A stretch of 64,000 nt of DNA from Nostoc sp. DedSLP01 (GCA_034530875.2 JAVRCJ020000020.1:32001-96000); one strand, 5' to 3'. Shown: positions 1 to 11,933, counted from the first letter of the stretch. Notes: generated by a model not told the origin, from the letters alone. Translations and numbers: made by a program.

Positions 1-689
1 GTGCGCTCCAATTCTTGATTAGAGCTACTTAACTCTTGATAACGTTGTTGCCAAGATCCGATATGCTTCAGTTGGATCGAAGCTGTAGTACACTGCTTAG
101 CAGACCTTGCCAATAATTGTGATATGAGTTGAGCTTCTGCTCCTATGAGTAGCTCAGAATCAGATCCTAGCGGCGGTCTGGCGATAACTAGCCAGCCGAT
201 AACGCCACCAGAATCATCAGCTAAACGCCAAGCACTCGGTATTTGTTGATTTTCAAGTTGCTGCAAATCTTTGATTTCTATGGTTTGTTGCAATCTCAAA
301 GGCAGCTTTTTCCCTGCTGTTGACGTCACTTCCAACAGTGGAGGTTGTGAGCCTAAAAATTGCGAACGAGAAATATAGCAAACTGTGGCAAATGTTTGGT
401 GTGGTTCAAGTAGAGCTATGCCTACGGTAAACTGCACGAACGCCAGATGACTGGCGTCCACGGCAATGTTAATCTCGTTGACCACAATTTGGAAAATTTC
501 TGCTTCTGCGGCTGGTGACTGTGAGACAGTATTACAAGCACAAAGCAGGCGATCGTTAAGGCGACTTTGCAACTGGTTTAAGCTTTTCTCCAGCCACAAA
601 TCGGCGCGAAGTTGCTCAATTGTTGTCAAAAGTTTTGGCGTTGCATCAATCTGTGAGTTCTGTTCTGGTAAGCTTGAATACTGCTGCAT
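1..689 (-). CDS. hrmK: N-terminal part of a sensor histidine kinase (HrmK-like hybrid kinase); runs off the window start
   Basis: Not in the ORF track. ATG at 689 on the minus strand reads MQQYSSLPEQNSQIDATPKLLTTIEQLRADLWLEKSLNQLQSRLND. The same frame reads QQRYQELSSSNQELER at base 1, a coiled-coil linker of the kind that precedes HisKA. The HrmK name is from recall of the N-terminus only. Confidence 0.55.
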   Translation of the reverse strand, partial: MQQYSSLPEQNSQIDATPKLLTTIEQLRADLWLEKSLNQLQSRLNDRLLCACNTVSQSPAAEAEIFQIVVNEINIAVDASHLAFVQFTVGIALLEPHQTFATVCYISRSQFLGSQPPLLEVTSTAGKKLPLRLQQTIEIKDLQQLENQQIPSAWRLADDSGGVIGWLVIARPPLGSDSELLIGAEAQLISQLLARSAKQCTTASIQLKHIGSWQQRYQELSSSNQELER

Positions 690-844
690 GGTCAACTAGA
701 CCGCTGAACAAGTTTAGCTTCGCATAAAAATCCTAATTAGGATTTTATATGTTGGCGAGGAATCCTTTTTTATTTATAAACCATAACTTATGGTGTCGGG
801 TTTAGCACCTAAACCAAAAAAATATTGTATGAATGATTGACCTA

Positions 845-973
845 AGAATTCAGAAGTCAGAATTCAGGAACCAGAATAGTTCAAGAATTTGAAGAAGATT
901 TGATGAATGAATATACTAATCATACTAAAATCCTTACAAATTCTGACTTCTGACTCCTGAGTTCTGAATTCTT
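845..973. repeat. STRR-based inverted repeat element
   Basis: AAGAATTCAGAAGTCAGAATTCAG at the left end; TTCTGACTTCTGACTCCTGAGTTCTGAATTCTT at the right end. A similar element lies at about 63364-63476. Confidence 0.6.
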
Positions 974-1012
974 ACGGACTAATCTCAAATTTTTGCTGGC
1001 AACTTCAGACTT

Positions 1013-1954
1013 ATGGATACACAATTCGCCCAACTAATCGTAAATGGAATTGCAGTGGGGAGTATTATTGCTCTAGCCGCAGTTGGACTTACACTGACTT
1101 ATGGAATTTTACGTCTATCTAATTTTGCTCATGGTGATTTTCTCACTTTAGGAGCTTATCTGACTTGGCAGATAAATATTATTGGAGTCAATATTTGGCT
1201 TTCCATGCTCCTCGCCACAGTGGGAACAGTAGCAGGAATGCTTTTATCAGAAAAGTTACTCTGGTCAAGGATGCGCTCTATTCGTGCTACCTCTACGACG
1301 CTGATTATTATTTCTATTGGACTTGCCTTATTTCTTCGCAATGGGATTATTTTTATCTGGGGAGGCAAGAACCAAAATTATGATTTACCTGTGACTCCAG
1401 CTTTAGACATTTTGGGCTTAAAAGTGCCCCAAAATCAATTGTTGGTTTTGTTCTTGGCAGTGCTGGCAATCCTGGGAATACACTACCTGCTGCAAAACAC
1501 CAAAATTGGCAAAGCTATGCGAGCAGTTGCTGACGATCTGGATTTAGCTAGAGTTTCTGGTATTAATGTTGACAGAGTTATCCTTTGGACTTGGTTAATT
1601 GCAGGTACTCTGACATCTTTGGGCGGCAGTATGTACGGCTTAATCACAGCCGTGCGACCGAATATGGGATGGTTCTTAATTTTACCATTATTTGCTTCAG
1701 TAATTCTTGGTGGAATTGGCAACCCTTATGGTGCGATCGCCGGAGCTTTTATTATTGGCATTGCTCAGGAAGTGAGCATTCCTACAGTCAACCAAGTTTT
1801 ATCTTTTGTTCATCAAGTTGCTTTGCAATTGGGCATCAGCCACGCGGCTCAACCTGTAGTGTTTGGTCTTGATTACAAACAAGGTGTAGCACTGTTGATT
1901 ATGATATTGGTGCTACTCATACGCCCCAAAGGTTTATTTAAAGGCACGATTTGA
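1013..1954 (+). CDS. natD: Branched-chain/neutral amino acid ABC transporter permease (LivH/NatD family)
   Basis: Motifs LAAVGLTLTYGILRLSNFAHG, TKIGKAMRAVADD, ILGGIGNPYGA and LLIRPKGLF. Confidence 0.88.
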   Translation: MDTQFAQLIVNGIAVGSIIALAAVGLTLTYGILRLSNFAHGDFLTLGAYLTWQINIIGVNIWLSMLLATVGTVAGMLLSEKLLWSRMRSIRATSTTLIIISIGLALFLRNGIIFIWGGKNQNYDLPVTPALDILGLKVPQNQLLVLFLAVLAILGIHYLLQNTKIGKAMRAVADDLDLARVSGINVDRVILWTWLIAGTLTSLGGSMYGLITAVRPNMGWFLILPLFASVILGGIGNPYGAIAGAFIIGIAQEVSIPTVNQVLSFVHQVALQLGISHAAQPVVFGLDYKQGVALLIMILVLLIRPKGLFKGTI

Positions 1955-1975
1955 GTAGCACCACTCCACTTCTAA

Positions 1976-2113
1976 TTATTCAATAATGTGGAAATACCAG
2001 GCTGCTACCAGGAAATTGATAGCTAACAAGAAAATTGCCCAGCCTGTGCGATAGGGGTAGGGAGGTTTAGCTCCACTGTCGGCAACTGGTAAATCTCTGT
2101 TTTTAGCAGTCAT
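1976..2113 (-). CDS. psaX: Photosystem I subunit PsaX (45 aa)
   Basis: Below the ORF-track cutoff. Translates to MTAKNRDLPVADSGAKPPYPYRTGWAIFLLAINFLVAAWYFHIIE; AGGAG RBS upstream. Confidence 0.93.
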   Translation of the reverse strand: MTAKNRDLPVADSGAKPPYPYRTGWAIFLLAINFLVAAWYFHIIE

Positions 2114-2200
2114 AATGCGCTTCTCCTAAATGTCAGGACTTTTTAAGAAATACCAAATTATGTGTACCAATCCCCCAAATTCTTTAGAAATATTTGAAGT

Positions 2201-2333
2201 TGGGGACTGGGGACTGGGGACTGGCGATTAGGGACTGGGCAAGCAGGGAGTGTGGGAGGTGTGGGAAGATGGGGAAGAAATCTTTCCCCCCTCTCTCCCC
2301 ACACTCCCCACACTCCCCCATACCCTCTGCCTC
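2201..2333. repeat. Composite STRR element (GGGGACT heptamers plus GTGTGGGAGG...GGGGAAGAAATCTTTCCCCC core)
   Basis: The same core recurs at about 20900-21025 (inverted), 24538-24728 and 38308-38492. Confidence 0.85.
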
Positions 2334-2334
2334 C

Positions 2335-3240
2335 TCATCCCTCCTCTCCCGCATGGTAGGAACTACGAACTAGTGGGCCGGAACGGACGTGGCTAAATCC
2401 CATTTCCCTCGCTATGGAGCCAAGTTGCTCGAATTCCTCTGGAGTCCAATATTTTTGAACTGGTAGATGCTCTAAAGAAGGGCGCATATACTGGCCGATA
2501 GTCAAGCGATCGCAACCCACAGCCCTTAAATCGGCCATTGCTTGCACGACTTCATCGGTAGTTTCTCCGTGCCCCAGCATCAAACCTGATTTGGTGGGAA
2601 TTGTCGAATCGAGTTCTTTGACTATAGCCAGCACTCGTAGGGAGCGATCGTACTTGGCTCCCCGGCGCACTGGCCCGGTTAAGCGTCGCACTGTCTCAAT
2701 GTTGTGGTTGAAACAAGCCACTTTGGCTTCGACAATCGTAGCTATCCGCTGGCGTTGACTGGATTCCCCATTGCCCGCACCGCCCCAAAAATCTGGCGTT
2801 AGGACTTCAATTTGAGTTTCTGGGTTCAATTGACGAATAGTCGCGATCGTCTTCACAAAATGCCCTGCACCTTGGTCGGGCAAATCATCACGGGCTACAG
2901 AAGTCAACACCACATAATGCAATCCTAACAGCTGCACCGCCTCGGCGACCTTTTGCGGTTCGTCTAAATCAAGAGGCATTGGTGCATGACCTTTATCTAC
3001 TTGACAAAAAGCACAAGAGCGCGTGCAGGTAGGCCCCATCAGTAAAAAAGTCGCAGTTTTTTGGGCGTAGCACTCTCCTCGGTTAGGACAACGCCCTTCT
3101 TCGCAAATTGTGTGAATTTGCCGCTGTTTAATAATGCGTTGTACGGTAGAGATTTCGCTGGCTTTGCCAATCGGACGACGCAACCAGCTAGGCATTGCCA
3201 TAATTTCAGACTTGAGTTCGGCTTCTCGTGACGAAACCAT
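2335..3240 (-). CDS. lipA: Lipoyl synthase (radical SAM)
   Basis: [12 protein letters not shown] (CX4CX5C), CTRSCAFC (CX3CX2C), C-terminal [10 protein letters not shown]. Confidence 0.96.
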   Translation of the reverse strand: MVSSREAELKSEIMAMPSWLRRPIGKASEISTVQRIIKQRQIHTICEEGRCPNRGECYAQKTATFLLMGPTCTRSCAFCQVDKGHAPMPLDLDEPQKVAEAVQLLGLHYVVLTSVARDDLPDQGAGHFVKTIATIRQLNPETQIEVLTPDFWGGAGNGESSQRQRIATIVEAKVACFNHNIETVRRLTGPVRRGAKYDRSLRVLAIVKELDSTIPTKSGLMLGHGETTDEVVQAMADLRAVGCDRLTIGQYMRPSLEHLPVQKYWTPEEFEQLGSIAREMGFSHVRSGPLVRSSYHAGEEG

Positions 3241-3550
3241 CTAAAAATCTCCGGTAGTGTCGAAACGGCGGATTTTCGTCAGCAGCAGATGTACAGTGAC
3301 TCAATATAAAGAACTGTTTGTGTGTCGCTGTTGCTGATGCCCTAGATCGAGGCTAAAGCTTTAAATATCACAATGACACAAATTTTAGAGAACACAAGCA
3401 AAAGTTTTGCAAAACACGTCTTGTAACGTCATTTATACCGAAATATACTATCCCCCAATTCATAGATCTTTTGTATATAGTGGGAGAATTCTCAAGGACA
3501 ATCGGCAAAACCGCTATTTACACTTAAAGTTTCTGTTAGAGCAAACAGTC

Positions 3551-4216
3551 GTGGCAAGCAATAAAATTTTAGTTATCGATGACACTACAGTTGTCAGGGT
3601 AAAAGTACGAGAAATGTTGCCTCCAGGCAATTTTGAGGTACTGGAAGCAAAAGACGGTCTGGAAGGGCTAAATTTCATCCGTCAGGAAAAACTTAGCTTA
3701 ATTATGCTGGATTTTCTGCTACCTAAAATGAGTGGTTGGGAAGTTTTCCAGCAAGTTCAAGCTCACCCTGAATTAAGAAAAATTCCTTTGGTGATTATGT
3801 CAGGTCGCAAAGAAGAAGTGACCGAAAAAATCCCAGAACCTTTTGAATATTTTGAATTCTTGGGTAAGCCTTTCGATCAGAAGCAACTAATTGGCGCAAT
3901 TAAGTTAGCTATGACAAAAGCGAAACAGCCACGCCCAGAATTAGTTGCAGTGGGAGCGCCAGCAGCTGCTAAAAATGGCGCTGGAACAACCTCTGGTGTT
4001 ACAACTGCTGCGGTTTCAACTGCTAGCGAACCAAATACCACAGCCGCAACCTCAATTCCCACAAATACTACAATACCAACTTCTAGTTCTCCAGGAGTCT
4101 CCCAGGCAGAAATTGAGGCGTTGAACGATAAAATTGCCAAAATGCAAGCAGAAATCGAAGGCTTGAAGAAACAGCTAACTCAGGTTGTGACTTTTATTAA
4201 ACAAAAAATCAAATAA
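3551..4216 (+). CDS. Response regulator: receiver domain, Ala/Thr-rich linker, C-terminal coiled coil
   Basis: ILVIDD, LIMLDFLLPKMSG and KPFD receiver motifs. The GTG start at 3551 is preferred over the TTG at 3407. Confidence 0.88.
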   Translation: MASNKILVIDDTTVVRVKVREMLPPGNFEVLEAKDGLEGLNFIRQEKLSLIMLDFLLPKMSGWEVFQQVQAHPELRKIPLVIMSGRKEEVTEKIPEPFEYFEFLGKPFDQKQLIGAIKLAMTKAKQPRPELVAVGAPAAAKNGAGTTSGVTTAAVSTASEPNTTAATSIPTNTTIPTSSSPGVSQAEIEALNDKIAKMQAEIEGLKKQLTQVVTFIKQKIK

Positions 4217-4496
4217 GCTAAAACAAATTTAAATTGCATAACTAGTCGATGTGGCTGTCCTTTTTCGTTGGTCATAGATATTAATCAAATGACAAGCACA
4301 AATTACAAAGGATGAAAAACAGTCTTAATCATAGAACATCCAACTTGGACGTACACTAGCTGACAATTTGCGTTTGCGATTATCCTCTGCACCTTAAATT
4401 ACGAATTAATAATTAATAATTACTAATTGCTTGGTCAGGGTTGGAGGATATTATTAACCTTAGTTGCTAGTCTAGCAAAGTATCCTTAGACCCATT

Positions 4497-4543
4497 AAAC
4501 CTGCCAAAATTTGCTCTTAATTTTAAGAGATTGGCAGGTTTTT
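4497..4543 (+). terminator. Intrinsic terminator-like hairpin
   Basis: 11-bp stem AAACCTGCCAA / TTGGCAGGTTT followed by a T-rich tail. Confidence 0.55.
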
Positions 4544-4609
4544 GTTATTTTTATTTATTGAAGACGGGAATACTAGCCATAGAAACAAAAATTATGAGTA
4601 TAAGCTGCA

Positions 4610-7600
4610 ATGTCAGTAGTAGTAGATACAATATATGCATTTCCTGGCTATCGCGTTACTGAGCAAATTTACTCAGGCAGTAAAACCCTAGTTTATCGGG
4701 GTATTAGGGAAGAAGACCAAAAGTTAGTCGTCCTCAAATTAATGCGAAATGAATATCCTACATTCGCAGAAATTGCACAATTTCGCAATCAATATATCAT
4801 TATTAAAAACCTCGATATTCCTGGTGTCGTCAAACCATATAGCTTGGATAGCTACCGTAACGGCTACATCCTAGTAATGGAAGATTTTGGTGGGATTTCC
4901 CTGCAAAAATGGCTAGAGGATGATAAAGAAAATAAGATTTATGTAAATGAATTTTTTGATATCGCTATTAAAATTGCTTCTATCTTAGAAAAACTGCATC
5001 GCGATCGCATTATTCACAAAGACATTAAACCTGGCAATATCCTGATTAATCCAACTACGAATGAGATAAAAATCATCGACTTTAGTATTGCCACACTTCT
5101 GCCAAGAGAAATTCAATTTCTCACCAATCCCAACATTTTAGAAGGCACTCTGGGTTATATTTCTCCAGAACAAACTGGCAGAATGAACCGAGGTATTGAT
5201 TACCGCACTGATTTTTATTCCCTTGGCGTCACTTTGTTTGAACTCCTCACCGGACAGTTACCCTTCACCAGCAAAGATCCGATGGAGTTAGTTTACTGTC
5301 ACATTGCTAAACAACCACTCAAAGCCCACCAGGTTAATTCCAATATTCCGGCAATTTTGTCTGAGATTCTCGGCAAGCTGATGGCCAAAAATGCCGAAGA
5401 CCGCTATCAAAGTGTATTGGGGTTAAAGCATGATTTGGAAGTGTGTCAAAAACAGTGGCAAGAGACAGGAAAGATTGTACCTTTTAAACTAGGCGATCGC
5501 GATATCTCAGACCGTTTTGTTATCCCCGAAAAACTCTATGGGCGGCAAAACGAAGTTGAAATCCTACTCGCTGCTTTTGAGCGAATTGCTAACCCCCTTC
5601 AATCCCATACTAGATTTCATTCTAGCGGTTCTGGGTTGGTACACTTTCCTTTAGGGAAATACAAGTCAGGAGAACTAACGCCACTTAATTTGAGTGACGA
5701 AACTTCTACAACGCAATGGTTCTCAAACGCACTCACTCCCGTTACTCAGGGAGGAACCAAGGGAGTAGAAATGGTCTTGGTCGCAGGTTTCTCTGGGATT
5801 GGCAAAACTGCTGTGGTCAACGAAGTCCACAAACCCATTGCGCGCCAGCAAAGTTACTTCATCAAAGGAAAGTTTGATCAATTTCAACGTGACATTCCCT
5901 TATCAGGATTAGTACAAGCTTTTCGAGACTTAATCGGGCAACTACTTTCAGAAACTGATGCTCAAATTCAACAGTGGAAAGCGAAGATTCTCCAAGAGTT
6001 GGGTATGCAAACTCAGGTAATTATTGATGTAATTCCTGAACTCGAACAAATTATTGGCAAGCAACCTCCAGTCACAGAACTCTCTGGCAGTGCTGCCCAA
6101 AATCGTTTTAATTTATTGTTCCAGAAATTTATCCAAATCTTCACTACAAAAGACCATCCTCTGGTTATTTTTGTTGATGACTTACAATGGGCAGATGCAG
6201 CTTCTTTGAAACTAATTCAGCTATTAATATGCGAAAGTAGCTTGTCTAATATTTCAGGAGAAACAGAAGAAAATAATGATTTTAATAAATGCTTATTATT
6301 AATTGGTTCCTATCGAGATAATGAAGTTTCCAAAGGACATCCACTTTCTTTAACAATCAGAGAGATTGAACAAACAGGTGCAAATATTAGTACTATTACC
6401 TTAACACCGTTAAATCAGGGAGATTTAAATCATTTAATTGCTGATACCCTTCATTGTCCAGAATTAGTTGCTGTTCCTCTGACTCAGATGGTGTTTGCCA
6501 AAACTAAAGGTAACCCCTTCTTTTCCATTCAATTCCTTAAATCTTTATACGATGAAGGGCTAATTACATTAAACTCGGATCTTGGTTATTGGCAGTACGA
6601 TATTGCTAAAATTAAAGAATTAGCTCTTACAGATGATGTAGTAGAGTTTATCGCTATTCAAATAGAAAAATTGTCAATCAATACCCAAAAGGTATTAAAG
6701 CTTGCTGCTTGTATTGGTAACCAATTTGATTTAAAAAGTTTAGCGATCGTCCATGAAAAATCTGTAGTAGATACAGCATCAGACTTGTGGCAAGCATTAC
6801 TTGAAGGATTAATCTTACCACAGACCGAAATTTACAATATTTTTCCAGCAGACAATACTAGTGAAGAGTTAATTGCTTCTGGAATAGAGCCTACAAAATT
6901 TGCAACTCTGAATTTACAAATACCTAAATATAAATTCGTCCATGACCGCGTACAGCAAGCTGCTTATTCTTTAATTCCTCAAGAACAAAAAAAGTCAATT
7001 CATTTAAAAATTGGGCTATTATTATTGAATAATATTCCAGTTGCAGAACAGGAAGAAAGAATTTTTGAGCTTGTCAATCAGTTTAATATTGCAGTGGAAT
7101 TCATCAGCCATCAAGCTAAGCGAGATGAACTAGCTCAGATGAATCTAATTGCTGGACGTAAAGCTTTAGCTTCAACAGCTTATCCGGCTGCACTTAGATA
7201 TTTAACTACTGGAATTGGATTGCTTGCAGATGATAGTTGGGAGACAAAGTACGAGCTAATTCTAGCTTTGTATGAGACAGCGGCAGAGGCAGCGTACTTG
7301 AACGGAGACTTTGAGCAAACCGAACAATTAGCAGAGGTAGTCTTAACAAAAGCTAAAACTCTCACAGACAAAGTTAAAGTTTATGAAGTAAAAATCAAAG
7401 CTTATGGAGCGCAGAACCAACCACTCAAAGGAATCAAAACTGCACTCGCATTTTTGAAGTTTTTAGGAATAGAATTTCCCGAACATCCAAGCCAATCTGA
7501 TATTCAGCTAGCAATGGCAGAAATACCATTAAATATGGCTGGTAGGCGTGTTGAAGATTTAATTGACCTACCAGAAATGACAGATACTCAAGCGCTAGCA

Positions 7601-10423
7601 ATTATGAGTGTTTTATCGAGCGCTCATGCTTTAACTTATCAAGCTATTCCCGAACTATTCCCACTAATTCTTGTTAAACAGCTCAACTTATCCTTGCAAT
7701 ATGGCAACGCACCATTATCAGCCTTTGCTTATGTGAATTATGGAGTAATACTGTGCGGACTAGTAGGAGATATTGAATCTGGCTATCAATTTGGCCAACT
7801 AGCTGTCAATCTTTTATCTAAGTTACAAATTAAAGAAGTAAGTGCGAAAATTATTTCTTCTTTTCATCCACTCGTTAGACGTTGGAAAGAACACGCTAAA
7901 GAAATCTTAAAACCGTTGTTAGAGGCTTACGTTGTTGGTACTGAAGCAGGAGATTTAGAGTTTGCAGCCTATAGTCTAAACGGTTATTGTTACTGCTCGT
8001 ATTTCATTGGCAAAGAACTGTCAAATCTAGAGCAAGAAATAGCAAATTATAGTCATGCTATCAAACAAATGAAGCAAGAAGTAGTATTTCAATGGAATAC
8101 TATTTATCGGCAAAGTGTGTTGAACTTGCTAGGGCAGGCAGAAAATCCATCTTGTTTAGTGGGTGAAGTTTATAACGAAGATAAAATGCTCCAAGTTCAT
8201 TCGGAAACAAAAGATGGGCTTGGGCTTTTATATCTATATATTAATAAACTTCTTCTATGTTATCTATTTCAGGAATTTCATCAAGCAGTTGAAAATGCTG
8301 CATTAGCGAAAAACTATTTAGATGCTGCAACTGGACATTTAGTTACTCTAATTTTTCATTTTTATGATTCTTTAGCGGCTCTGGCTGTATATTCTGAGGT
8401 ATCCATCTCCGAGCAAAAATGCATTCTCGATCGCGTTCAAGCCAATCAAGAAAAAATGCAGCGTTGGTCGCATCACGCCCCAATGAATTGTTTACACCAA
8501 TATTATTTGGTTGAGGCTGAAAGACATCGGATTAACTGTCAATATCTCGAAGCAATAGAATGCTATGAATGCGCTATTTCCCTAGCCAAAGAGCATGAGT
8601 ATGCGAACGATCTAGCCCTCGCTGAAGAACTCACTGCCAGATTCTATTTACAATGGGGTAAACAGAAGATTGCCCAAACCTATTTCACAGATGCTTACTA
8701 TAGCTATATCCGGTGGGGAGCGTTAGCAAAAGTAAACGATTTAGTCAAACGTTATCCTTTATTACTCGCTCCTGTATTTCAGCAAGAAAAACCAAAACTG
8801 AATATTCACTCCGCCCAAGAAAGCACTTCTTTTCATAACACATCTTTCTCTACTTTTAGCAATCAACAAACTGCGATCGGCACAAAGACTAGTGTTTCCG
8901 ATTCTTTAGATTTATCCACATTTATTAAAGCATCTCAAGCCCTATCTGGGGAAATTGAACTGCAACGATTGGTTGCTACTTTAATGGAAGTTGTGATGGA
9001 AAATGCAGGTGCTTCTAAATGTGTTTTGATTTTAAGTGAAGATGATAACTTACCATTAATTGTGACGGCAGTTTGTGCAAATTCCGATTTTGAACATACC
9101 TATACAGAGTTTCCAGAAATTTCTTTAGAATTTAGTTACGATGTTCCGATTACTTTGATTAACTACGTTAAGCGTTCCAAAGAAATTTTGGTTATCGATG
9201 ATGCAATGACCGTTTCTTTTTTAGCAACGGATAGCTATGTTGTTTGCGAACAGCCCAAAAGTTTATTGTCTATACCTATTATCAACCAAAGCAAATTGAT
9301 TGGTATTATTTATTTAGAGAATAATTTAACTACAGGAGCATTTACACGCGATCGCGTGGAAGTTCTCAAACTCATCACTACCCAAGCAGCAATCTCACTT
9401 AAGAATGCCATGCTCTACAAAAATTTGGCAGAAGCTAAAGAAAGTTTAGAGAAATACAACCATACTCTAGAGCAAAAAGTCAAAGAAAGAACCCAGGAAC
9501 TAGACGATAAAAATCAAAGATTGCAACAGACGATACAGGAATTAAAACGCACCCAAATTCAATTAATTCAAAGTGAAAAAATGTCTTCCTTAGGGCAAAT
9601 GGTAGCGGGAATTGCCCATGAAATTAATAATCCAATTAATTTTATTCACGGCAATATTACTCATGCTAGCGGATATGTACGCGATTTGCTGGATTTGATG
9701 GCTGTTTATCAGCAAGAATACCCTAATTCTTCGCCTGCTATTGAGGAAAAATCTGAAGATATCGACATCGATTTTTTAGCAGAAGACTTGCCAAAAATTC
9801 TAGATTCGATGAAGATTGGAAGTTCGCGAATCCGCACTATTGTTTTGGGCTTACGTAACTTTTCCCGTCTCGATGAATATGAGATGAAGCCTGTAGATAT
9901 TCATGAAGGAATAGACAACACTTTAATGATTTTGCAGCATCGACTCAAGGAAAAAAACGATTTTCCTGAAATTAAAGTCATTAAACAATATGCAAATATC
10001 CCGGAAGTTACTTGTTACGCTGGTCAGCTAAATCAGGTGTTTATGAATATCTTAAGCAATGCGATCGATGCTTTAGAAGATTCATTCGGAAATGACGAAC
10101 CGAGAAATCTCAGCAGCAGTTTTGGCACGTCAGAACTGCAAGAAAAAATCAAAAATCATCCAGAAATTCGCATATCTACTCAGCTAACAAATTCTAATAC
10201 AGTGATGATTCGGATTAGCGATAACGGATCTGGGATGACAGAAGCTGTGCAGCAGAAAATTTTCGATCCATTTTTTACCACAAAGTCTGTAGGAAGCGGT
10301 ACAGGCTTAGGATTGTCAATTAGCTATCAGATTGTCGTAGACAAACACAAGGGTAGTTTAATCTGTAATTCCAAAATAGGAGAAGGGACTGAGTTCGCGA
10401 TCGAAATACCAATGGAACTGTGA
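4610..10423 (+). CDS. HstK-type multidomain kinase: Ser/Thr kinase, AAA ATPase, TPR-like region, GAF, histidine kinase
   Basis: [13 protein letters not shown] and YISPEQTGR (kinase); GFSGIGKT Walker A and DDLQWAD Walker [12 protein letters not shown]-box; [11 protein letters not shown]2 box. Confidence 0.93.
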   Translation: MSVVVDTIYAFPGYRVTEQIYSGSKTLVYRGIREEDQKLVVLKLMRNEYPTFAEIAQFRNQYIIIKNLDIPGVVKPYSLDSYRNGYILVMEDFGGISLQKWLEDDKENKIYVNEFFDIAIKIASILEKLHRDRIIHKDIKPGNILINPTTNEIKIIDFSIATLLPREIQFLTNPNILEGTLGYISPEQTGRMNRGIDYRTDFYSLGVTLFELLTGQLPFTSKDPMELVYCHIAKQPLKAHQVNSNIPAILSEILGKLMAKNAEDRYQSVLGLKHDLEVCQKQWQETGKIVPFKLGDRDISDRFVIPEKLYGRQNEVEILLAAFERIANPLQSHTRFHSSGSGLVHFPLGKYKSGELTPLNLSDETSTTQWFSNALTPVTQGGTKGVEMVLVAGFSGIGKTAVVNEVHKPIARQQSYFIKGKFDQFQRDIPLSGLVQAFRDLIGQLLSETDAQIQQWKAKILQELGMQTQVIIDVIPELEQIIGKQPPVTELSGSAAQNRFNLLFQKFIQIFTTKDHPLVIFVDDLQWADAASLKLIQLLICESSLSNISGETEENNDFNKCLLLIGSYRDNEVSKGHPLSLTIREIEQTGANISTITLTPLNQGDLNHLIADTLHCPELVAVPLTQMVFAKTKGNPFFSIQFLKSLYDEGLITLNSDLGYWQYDIAKIKELALTDDVVEFIAIQIEKLSINTQKVLKLAACIGNQFDLKSLAIVHEKSVVDTASDLWQALLEGLILPQTEIYNIFPADNTSEELIASGIEPTKFATLNLQIPKYKFVHDRVQQAAYSLIPQEQKKSIHLKIGLLLLNNIPVAEQEERIFELVNQFNIAVEFISHQAKRDELAQMNLIAGRKALASTAYPAALRYLTTGIGLLADDSWETKYELILALYETAAEAAYLNGDFEQTEQLAEVVLTKAKTLTDKVKVYEVKIKAYGAQNQPLKGIKTALAFLKFLGIEFPEHPSQSDIQLAMAEIPLNMAGRRVEDLIDLPEMTDTQALAIMSVLSSAHALTYQAIPELFPLILVKQLNLSLQYGNAPLSAFAYVNYGVILCGLVGDIESGYQFGQLAVNLLSKLQIKEVSAKIISSFHPLVRRWKEHAKEILKPLLEAYVVGTEAGDLEFAAYSLNGYCYCSYFIGKELSNLEQEIANYSHAIKQMKQEVVFQWNTIYRQSVLNLLGQAENPSCLVGEVYNEDKMLQVHSETKDGLGLLYLYINKLLLCYLFQEFHQAVENAALAKNYLDAATGHLVTLIFHFYDSLAALAVYSEVSISEQKCILDRVQANQEKMQRWSHHAPMNCLHQYYLVEAERHRINCQYLEAIECYECAISLAKEHEYANDLALAEELTARFYLQWGKQKIAQTYFTDAYYSYIRWGALAKVNDLVKRYPLLLAPVFQQEKPKLNIHSAQESTSFHNTSFSTFSNQQTAIGTKTSVSDSLDLSTFIKASQALSGEIELQRLVATLMEVVMENAGASKCVLILSEDDNLPLIVTAVCANSDFEHTYTEFPEISLEFSYDVPITLINYVKRSKEILVIDDAMTVSFLATDSYVVCEQPKSLLSIPIINQSKLIGIIYLENNLTTGAFTRDRVEVLKLITTQAAISLKNAMLYKNLAEAKESLEKYNHTLEQKVKERTQELDDKNQRLQQTIQELKRTQIQLIQSEKMSSLGQMVAGIAHEINNPINFIHGNITHASGYVRDLLDLMAVYQQEYPNSSPAIEEKSEDIDIDFLAEDLPKILDSMKIGSSRIRTIVLGLRNFSRLDEYEMKPVDIHEGIDNTLMILQHRLKEKNDFPEIKVIKQYANIPEVTCYAGQLNQVFMNILSNAIDALEDSFGNDEPRNLSSSFGTSELQEKIKNHPEIRISTQLTNSNTVMIRISDNGSGMTEAVQQKIFDPFFTTKSVGSGTGLGLSISYQIVVDKHKGSLICNSKIGEGTEFAIEIPMEL

Positions 10424-10820
10424 GGTATTTAGGCTTGACTGACTGCTGCAATAGCGTCGGTTGGGGAAATTATGACAAAATTTACCTGTTGGTAATAGCG
10501 CTTTCCAAATCATCAATCCAGAATCTGTCTTGAATGACTTTGAGCTGAGGTTTTCTCAGCTCAAACTTTTTGTAAAATCCAAAATGGGATACCGCGTCTC
10601 TAAAAATTTCCCATACTTCATGATTCTTAATCATACCAACTGCGTTTTCTAGCTGACAGAAGTTCCACAATCTAATAGGCTGATCTTACAGTGCTGATTT
10701 TTTAGCAAGCTCAACTGCTGAAGAAGTTAAGCTTTATTATTCAGTACTTTTAGATAAGTAGGTGCAAAATATTGCTCGCTTTGCTCGTCACTTAGTTGTT
10801 AATAAGTACCTAGAGAAAAA

Positions 10821-11150
10821 ATGTCCATTAAAATTGTCCAAAACTTTGATGGTAGTTTCGCTCTCAATCCGCAAGCTCAAGAAACGCTATTTAAATTATT
10901 AAAAAGTGAAGCTTTTTTAAATCAAATATCCCAACAATCGCAGTGTGAAGAAGTTGAATTTACAGAATTACTTTTTCAGCCAGTACCTTATAGCTTAACT
11001 ACTACTAAAGGAATGCCAGCAGAATTTGAAAAATACCACGAATCGGATGAATATGTAATTATTAACGTACCACCAAATTTTATGTTTAATGCTAAGATTT
11101 TTCAACCAAGCCGTCTTTGTGCTATTTATAAAAAATTAAATAAAGCTTAG
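10821..11150 (+). CDS. Hypothetical protein (109 aa)
   Basis: ATG start, purine-rich upstream sequence, globular composition; no motif recognised. Confidence 0.65.
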   Translation: MSIKIVQNFDGSFALNPQAQETLFKLLKSEAFLNQISQQSQCEEVEFTELLFQPVPYSLTTTKGMPAEFEKYHESDEYVIINVPPNFMFNAKIFQPSRLCAIYKKLNKA

Positions 11151-11215
11151 TTGGCAAGATAATTGAATCTAATTAGTAATTTCAAATTCACGAGACAATA
11201 GCAAATTTTTGATTT

Positions 11216-11761
11216 ATGACTACTGAAACCAATACTCCTGCTTTAGCTAGCTTGGAATACACACCTTACATAGGCGATCGCGGCGAACTACCCGAAAAAT
11301 TTCAAGGTAAAATCGGCGTCTATGCTATCTTTGACCAACAAAAAGCATTGCAATTTGTCGGATATTCTCGTGATGTATATCTTAGCCTCAAGCAGCATTT
11401 AGTACGTCAACCACAGCAATGCTATTGGGTGAAAGTTCAAACTATCGAACGCCCCAGCCGCACGGTTTTAGAAAATATTGAGAATGCTTGGATTGCTGAA
11501 AATGGCAGCGTACCAGCAGGAAATGGAGATAACAAGGACAAATGGACTAATCCCATTGATGTCAAAATGCTAATGACGCCTGAAGAACAGGCAAATTATC
11601 AAAATCCAGCTAATGATGAATTAGCACAAATAAAAATTATTAAAAATGTAGCACGGCGAGTAGAAGCAGAAATTTCAAAAGAATTAGAAGCGCGTGGTTT
11701 GCAACTAGAGGTTCGCTTTAATCCTAAATTAAAAGAACAAGGCTTACTAGATTTGAAATAA
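11216..11761 (+). CDS. Conserved cyanobacterial GIY-YIG nuclease-like protein
   Basis: GVYAIFD...FVGYSRDV...LKQH pattern. Confidence 0.8.
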   Translation: MTTETNTPALASLEYTPYIGDRGELPEKFQGKIGVYAIFDQQKALQFVGYSRDVYLSLKQHLVRQPQQCYWVKVQTIERPSRTVLENIENAWIAENGSVPAGNGDNKDKWTNPIDVKMLMTPEEQANYQNPANDELAQIKIIKNVARRVEAEISKELEARGLQLEVRFNPKLKEQGLLDLK

Positions 11762-11786
11762 AGGTAGTTTTGGGAAAACTATCTTA

Positions 11787-11911
11787 TAGACCTCTTGCAA
11801 AAGTAACTTTTGCAAGAGGGGGAAAGGGAAAAGGTTAAAGGGAAAAGGGTTTTTATGAGCCGCTTTCCCCTTTACCCCTTACCCTTTTCCCCACTTCTGC
11901 AAGAAGCCTTA
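11787..11911. mobile_element. MITE-like element with TAGACCTCTTGCA-type ends and internal AAAGGGG/CCCCTTT heptamers
   Basis: Ends TAGACCTCTTGCAAAAG and CTTCTGCAAGAAGCCTTA. An inverted copy lies at 22739-22861 and a half copy at 62388-62428. Confidence 0.7.
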
Positions 11912-11933
11912 TGAATATTGCTGGTAATTTCCC

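Noticed and set aside
466..699. 77-aa + strand ORF
   Set aside because: Antisense shadow of the minus-strand kinase gene at 1-689.
11216..11761. GIY-YIG protein as a homing endonuclease or mobile element
   Set aside because: It fits a conserved stand-alone cyanobacterial family and has no intron or intein context.
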